NCBI GenBank assembly: GCA_951406725.2 | Contig: OX597835.1 | Coordinates: forward strand, 32,178,001-32,242,000 | Source of the DNA: Octopus vulgaris | Taxonomy: Eukaryota | DNA length: 64,000 nucleotides | Direction of reading: 5' to 3' | Shown here: positions 57,190-64,000 of the stretch, piece by piece | Layout of the letters: each line of letters opens with the position of its first letter | How positions within the stretch are numbered: the stretch's first letter is position 1 | Program-made: the position numbers and the translations under genes | The notes under the pieces: generated by a model | Databases searched by the model: none | The model's input: only the letters and a program-made list of their open reading frames with translations | Told to the model about the DNA's origin: nothing

Positions 57190-58683
57190 GAGGTGGTGGT
57201 GGTGGTGGTGATAGTGGTGGTGGTGAAGGTGCCGGTGCTGGTGGGTGTGGTTTCGCTTACAGTACTGACTCTAATGGTGGTGGGTGGTTCTGAAAATAGT
57301 GATGGGGAAGAGCAATTGTGAAGGCGATGGTTGGCTGCGGTGGTTGTGGTTAGCGATAGTTATAGTGATGGTGGTGGCGGTGGTGGTGGTTGTGGTGGTG
57401 GTGGTGGTGGTGGTAGTTATGATGGTTAATGTTGTTGTTGTTGCGGTAGTGATGGTAGTGGTTGTAGTGGTAGTAGTTAATGTGGGTATGTCACTCTAGA
57501 TGATGGATAGAGGTTGTAATGGTGGTGGTGGTGGTGCTGGTGCTGGTTATGTTGGTTGTTGTGGTGATGGTGATGGGGATGTTGGTGGTGGTATGGTGAT
57601 GAAAGTTATTGTTCTGATGACGATGGCGGTGGTGCTGTTGTTGATGGTAGCGGTTGTTGTCGTTGTTGTTGCTAATGTGGTGGAGGCGGTGGTGGTGGTG
57701 GTGGTGGTGCCGGTGTCGGTGGTTATGGTGGTGGTTATGGTGGTGGTTATGATGGTTGTAATGGTGGTGGTGGTGGCGGTGTGGTGATGGTGATGAAAGT
57801 TATTGTTCTGATGACGATGGTGGTGGTGCTATTTTTGATGGTAGCGGGTGTTGTTGCTCTTGCTGATGTGGTGGTAGTGCTGCTGCTGCTGCTGCTGCTG
57901 GTGATGGTAGTGGTGGTGATGGTGCTAGTGATGGTGATGGTACTGGTGGTGGTGGTGATGGTGATGGTGATGGTGCTGGTGATGGTGATGGTGGTGGTGC
58001 TGGTAGTGGTGGTGGTTGCGGTAGTGGTGGTGGTGATGGTGCTGGTGGTGGTGATGGTGCTGCTGGTGGTGATGGTGCTGGTGATGGTGATGGTGATGGT
58101 GCCGGTGATGGTGATGGTGATGGTGATGGTGGTGGTGCTGGTAGTGGTGGTGATTGCGGTAGTGGTGGAGGTGATGGTGCTGGTGGTGCACCAGCACCAC
58201 CAGAGGTGGAGGCGTTGGTTCTCGTGGGTGTGGTTCGAACACACGCTAGTAATTGGTGCTACAGCATGGGAGGGTCTAGGAATCACTAGAAGTGATGATG
58301 GAGATGATATGAAACATATACATCTTTATATGGCAGTGGTGGTGGTATGGTGGTGGTGGTGGTGGTGGTGGTGGTGGTGGTGGTGGTGGTGGTGGTGGTG
58401 GTGGTGGTGGTGGTGGTTTGTTGTTGTGGTGGTGATTGACGCTACGGTGGTCGAGTGTTATGATGGATATCTAGATATGGGTGTGGTGGTGACGGCATTA
58501 GGGGTTAGGTTTGTGAAGGTGGTGATAGTGGCGGCGGCGACGGCGGTGGTGGTGGTGGCGATGATGGTGATGGGGTTAATGAAATTCATGGCAATGCTAG
58601 TGATGGTGTTGGTGGCAATGCTAGATGGTGATGGTGTGGGGGTGCAGATGATCGTGGTGTGGCGGTAGTGGTGGCGTTGTTGT

Positions 58684-58715
<32 letters not shown>

Positions 58716-59310
58716 AACTTGAAAGCAGTCCTAGTGATGGCGTTGGTGGCGGTGGTGGTGGTAGTGATGACTGTTGTGGTGGTGATAGTGTTGTGTAGTA
58801 GTGGCGGTAGTGGTGGAGTTTGGTGTAGGTGGTAGTGCTGGTGGATATGGTTGCTTGTGGTGATTGTTATGGTGCTGTGGTGGAAGCTGTAGTGGTGGTG
58901 GTGGTGGTGATGATGGTGGTGGTGGTGTTGGCGGCGGCGGCGCGGTGGCGGTGGTGGTGGTGGTGGAAGTTATAGTAGTGGTGGTAGTGGTGGTAGTGGT
59001 GGTGGTGGTAGTGGTGGTAGTAGTGGTGGTGGTGGTGATAGTGCTGTGTAGTGGTAGTGGTAGAGGTGAGGTTCAGTGTAGGTGGTAGAGGTGAGGTTCG
59101 GTGTAGGTGGTTGAGATGGTAGATATGGTTGCTTATGCTTGCGGTGATTGTTATGGTGGTGTGGTGGAAGTTGTAATAGTGGTGGTAGTGGTAATGATAG
59201 TGTTGATGGTGGTGGTGGCGGCGGCGGTGGCAGTGGTGGTGTTTCTTCCGATTTTACTGGTGTCAGGGGGGGTGACATTTGCTAACTCGATGATGATGGT
59301 TTGATGGTAG
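57190..59310. repeat. ~2.1-kb (GGT/GAT/GTA)n low-complexity trinucleotide field upstream of cephalotocin
   Basis: Seen directly. It contains internal segmental duplications (~57590/57788 and ~58780/59030). Confidence 0.95.
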
Positions 59311-59443
59311 GGGGTCGTTGTGGCTTTAACAAAAAAAAAACATAGATAAACAAAAACGAGGAAAACGAAATAAGATGAAGTGGTGAAATGAGTTGTGATG
59401 TGGAGTAAAACGATAATGCGAGGAATTAACTGTGATGTGACAG

Positions 59444-59507
59444 GGACGTGGTTGTGACATGGTTATGACGTAGCTGTGACGTAGCTATGACGTGGCAGTG
59501 ACACACC
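59444..59507. repeat. 11-bp-period tandem array containing three TGACGT motifs
   Basis: ggacgtggttg tgacatggtta tgacgtagctg tgacgtagcta tgacgtggcag tgacacacc. Confidence 0.85.
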
Positions 59508-59809
59508 TGAGACGAGGGTGATGGTGGTCTGAGAGGGAAGAGGCAAAATGAAAGGGAACGAGGTCGATATATTCTGTATGTGGCTGAGTGCACGCGACTG
59601 GATGTATGCATTTCAATTTTAGCGTGCCAGCGCGTGTATCAATAGCTGTGCGTGTGCATTTTGTATGCGAATGTGTGTGTGTGTGTGTGATTTAGTGCAT
59701 GTTATTTTCATAGGTATGAGCTAGCATGGATGGGTCCACTTAAGCACATATAAGATAATAAAGATAAATATCAACATACATCCACATATATATATATATG
59801 TATATTATA

Positions 59810-59832
59810 CATGTATGTACGTATGTATGTAC

Positions 59833-59863
<31 letters not shown>

Positions 59864-60275
59864 TGTACGTACGTACGTATGTATGTATGTATGTATGTAT
59901 GTACGTATGCATGCATGTATGTATGTATGTATGTATGTATGTATGTATGTATGTATGTATGTATGAATGTATGTATGTATGTACGTACGTATGTATGTAT
60001 GTATGTATGTATGCGTGTGTATGTATGTGTGTATGTATGTATGTATGTATGTATGTATGTATGTATGCATGTATGCATGTATGTATGCATGCATGTATGT
60101 ATGTATGTATGTATGTATGTATGTATGTATGTATGCATGTATGCATGTATGCATGCATGTATGTATGTATGTATGTATGTATGTATGCATGTATGTATGT
60201 ATGTATGTATGTATGCATGCATGCATGCATGTATGTATGTATGTATGTATGTATGTATGTATGTATGTATGTATG
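59810..60275. repeat. (TATG)n tetranucleotide array
   Basis: Seen directly. Confidence 0.95.
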
Positions 60276-60755
60276 AGAGGAAGCAGTGCATGCCATCAAA
60301 GTATACCCATCATGACTAATCGTCTGAGAAGGGTACACCAGGCACATGCATCACAAATATATGTGGGAGACATGGTGTTCTCATATCAGGATTAACAGCG
60401 AATGACCTTTCAGGTGGGGCCCAGTTAGAATTTTCTTCAGATCGAGTAGCACATTCCGTTCAAAAGGGATGTTTCAGAATATTGAACGAAACAGCCATGC
60501 TTCTAGGGGTGTTGTGGATATATGCTGTGTGGTTATTCAGATCATTTAGATTTAGGGTAAAATTTGAAGGTATAAAAAGTAGCGGTGGTTGCAAGTAATT
60601 AGGGCCTCGTTATATATATTTAGTAGTGTTGAGGGGTTGTGTTTCAATATATGAAATGCTTCTTTTATGCATAACTTACATGATAAGCGTTGACCTTAGT
60701 ATGGAAGACCTGAATCTATTATGGACCATCACAAAATGTAGGGAATATTTTATTG

Positions 60756-60811
<56 letters not shown>

Positions 60812-60816
60812 TATTA

Positions 60817-60893
<77 letters not shown>

Positions 60894-60964
60894 GTTGTTG
60901 TTATTATTATTATCATTATTATTATTATTTTTATTATTATTATTATGATTATTATTATTATTAT

Positions 60965-61445
<481 letters not shown>

Positions 61446-61463
61446 ATATACATATATATATAT

Positions 61464-61655
61464 AGTTAATCCAAACATGAAATTACAACAACGCGAGGAT
61501 GTGGAACAAGTATAGTATTATTGGACGGTCAGGAAAGAAGGAAAGGAGGAGGGTTTAACGTTTCGAGCGGACCTCTTCGTCAGAAACATAGGAAAAGGAA
61601 AGATCCAAAGAAGGGAAGACGGAGGTAAAAAATCGCCAACGGTACACACATGGAC
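61464..61655 (-). mobile_element. TA-embedded Penelope-type terminal repeat with intact minimal hammerhead (61553-61587)
   Basis: gttt-CTGACGA-agaggtccgctc-GAAAC-GTT-aaac. Confidence 0.78.
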
Positions 61656-61657
61656 AC

Positions 61658-61720
<63 letters not shown>

Positions 61721-61780
61721 TATATACATCTTTTTACATATTTGTCTATTTACATGTCTATTCTTAACCCTCTCTTTATA

Positions 61781-61837
<57 letters not shown>

Positions 61838-62171
61838 GTGTATATACAGACATGCACTTGAGAGGATACATATATACACACGTACATTCATGTATATACT
61901 TCAAATTTTTCTATCCTTTCACTCCCTCTCTCTGCATTTCTTTCTCTTTCTATTTAGCTTCCTTTCTCTCTCCATCTCTATCTCACTCGCTCCCTTTCTC
62001 CTCCCTCCTCTCTCTCTCCTTATAAATAGGTGTGTTTGCATTCACTTAAGCGTAAACTGTATGTATATGTGTGTGTGTATAAAATTGAATAAGGGTAGAA
62101 ATTGATATTAATCAATAAAAACCTGTGGCCTAGCATATTAAAGAAATCCGATGATTAAAATATTTTTACAT

Positions 62172-62444
62172 ACAAAATTTAAAGGACCGACCACTAAAAG
62201 TCGACAGTCAATATGCTAGATATAGACGTCAAAATCACTATTTTCCACGAAGAATGTGATCTCAAGAAAAAACTCAGCACAAAACCAAAGTGTAAAAAAT
62301 AAGCAAGACAAATGAATTTTTTACACTTTGGTTTTGTGCTGAGTTTTTTCTTGAGAACACATTCTTCGTGGAAAATAGCGATTTTGACGTCTATATCTAG
62401 CATATTGACAGTCCTCTTTTAGTGGTCGGTCCTTTAAATTTTGT
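62172..62444. repeat. Long inverted repeat: 129-bp arms, 15-bp spacer
   Basis: 62172-62300 is the near-perfect reverse complement of 62316-62444. Confidence 0.92.
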
Positions 62445-62853
62445 GTGTGTATATGTATATGTATGCGAACCTCTGTGAATGCTTTATTTTACTTGTTCCA
62501 GTCATTAGACTGCGGCCATGCTAGGGCATCGCAACGTACGAACATAACACGTAGAAGTACGAGCACGTGCAACTAGTCGCGTGCGTTACAATATGAAAAA
62601 AGAAAAACAACCAAGGAACACACAGAAAAACCACACTCTGACACACAGGTACACATAACAGGTAGACACACGGGAATATATGAAGACACAAGGCATAACA
62701 GTTAAAGGTGGGCGTAACGTCTTATTGGATATTTATCAGTAGGCGGTGTCCTCTTTCTCTAACAAGGAAGAAATATCTTCTCTTACACACACACACACCT
62801 GTATATGTGAGGTTGTGCGCTTGTGGCGTAGATGCTTTGTGTATACATATCAT

Positions 62854-62884
<31 letters not shown>

Positions 62885-62928
62885 CATTTGTGCTTTCTTG
62901 TTTGGATTAACTATATATATATATATAT

Positions 62929-62984
<56 letters not shown>

Positions 62985-63016
62985 TTATATATATATGTAC
63001 ATATACATATACATAC

Positions 63017-63061
<45 letters not shown>

Positions 63062-63082
63062 TATGTACATATATATATATAC

Positions 63083-63137
<55 letters not shown>

Positions 63138-63392
63138 CATACATACATATAGGCACACTCACGCTCGTTCATGCTCGGATATACATATATGATTACGTTA
63201 TTTTAGCTGATCCATGTTATGCTTCAGCGTATACGTTTTTCTCTAGGTCATTAACTCCAACGCGCACACACACAGACACATAGACACACACACACACACA
63301 CACACACGCCCACACACTCACACACACTGACCACCTACGCGAACATACACTCAGCCTTATACAAACATACATACATACATACATACATATAT

Positions 63393-63424
<32 letters not shown>

Positions 63425-64000
63425 TAGTTGAGGACCACAAAAGTCGTATTGTTTCGCTCCTACGAGTTTTTTTATGTCACTTTTTATATTATATTTATAC
63501 TATATTTATATATACCTCACCTTCAAGGTACTACACACTCGTTAATCGGCGTGCAAATGTTTCTTATTCTGATACATAGCAAGCTAATCGATATCTTTCC
63601 TTGTCTCTTTCTTTGTCACTCTTTCTTTCTCTCTCCCCTTCGCTCTGTCTGTATTTCTCTCTCTCTTTCTTCCTCCTCCTCTATCTTTATTTCTCTCTCT
63701 CTTTCTCCCTCCTCCTCTCTCTGTCTTTATTTCTCTATATATCTGTGCAATATATCTGTATCTGTCTGTAAATTTTTTTTCACTTTATCATTAGTAATTT
63801 TACTAAGGCGGTGAGCTTGGCAGATTTTGTGATATTTCTTATGCTTTTAAATAAAGCATATTACTCTACCTCTGATATTGAGTACTCTTTTTTCAAACTT
63901 GTTTCACATTTATGTGCTTACTGCGGTATATATATATACCCATTTTCCCGGGGTACTAACGATTCTACAAACTCGCTGCCTTTGTATACATATATTAATA

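Noticed and set aside
57781-58668. 295-aa Val/Met-rich ORF and overlapping His- and Thr-rich ORFs
   Set aside because: These are translations of a (GGT/GAT)n field with no domain or splice structure.

Overview
AT-rich, microsatellite- and SINE-saturated eukaryotic DNA, most likely from an Octopus genome. Almost all ORFs in the track are translations of simple repeats or SINEs. The one host-gene segment I can support is the first coding exon of the cephalotocin (oxytocin/vasopressin-family) precursor on the minus strand (56510-56665): signal peptide, CYFRNCPIG, GKR, then a phase-0 GTAAGT donor. I found no intact neurophysin exon in the 56.5 kb downstream, so the window looks mostly like one very large intron. 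This fits a model in which alternative peptide-encoding first exons splice onto shared, distant neurophysin exons. The rest is a mobile-element mosaic: two abundant tRNA-derived SINE families (one forms head-(unit)n multimers with a fixed junction), Penelope-like GIY-YIG fragments with about ten hammerhead-ribozyme motifs (some in long fold-back palindromes), RTE and R4/Dong-like LINE ends, Tc1/mariner relics and a non-autonomous Helitron. All calls were read by eye. Literature and protein comparisons are from memory and need checking.
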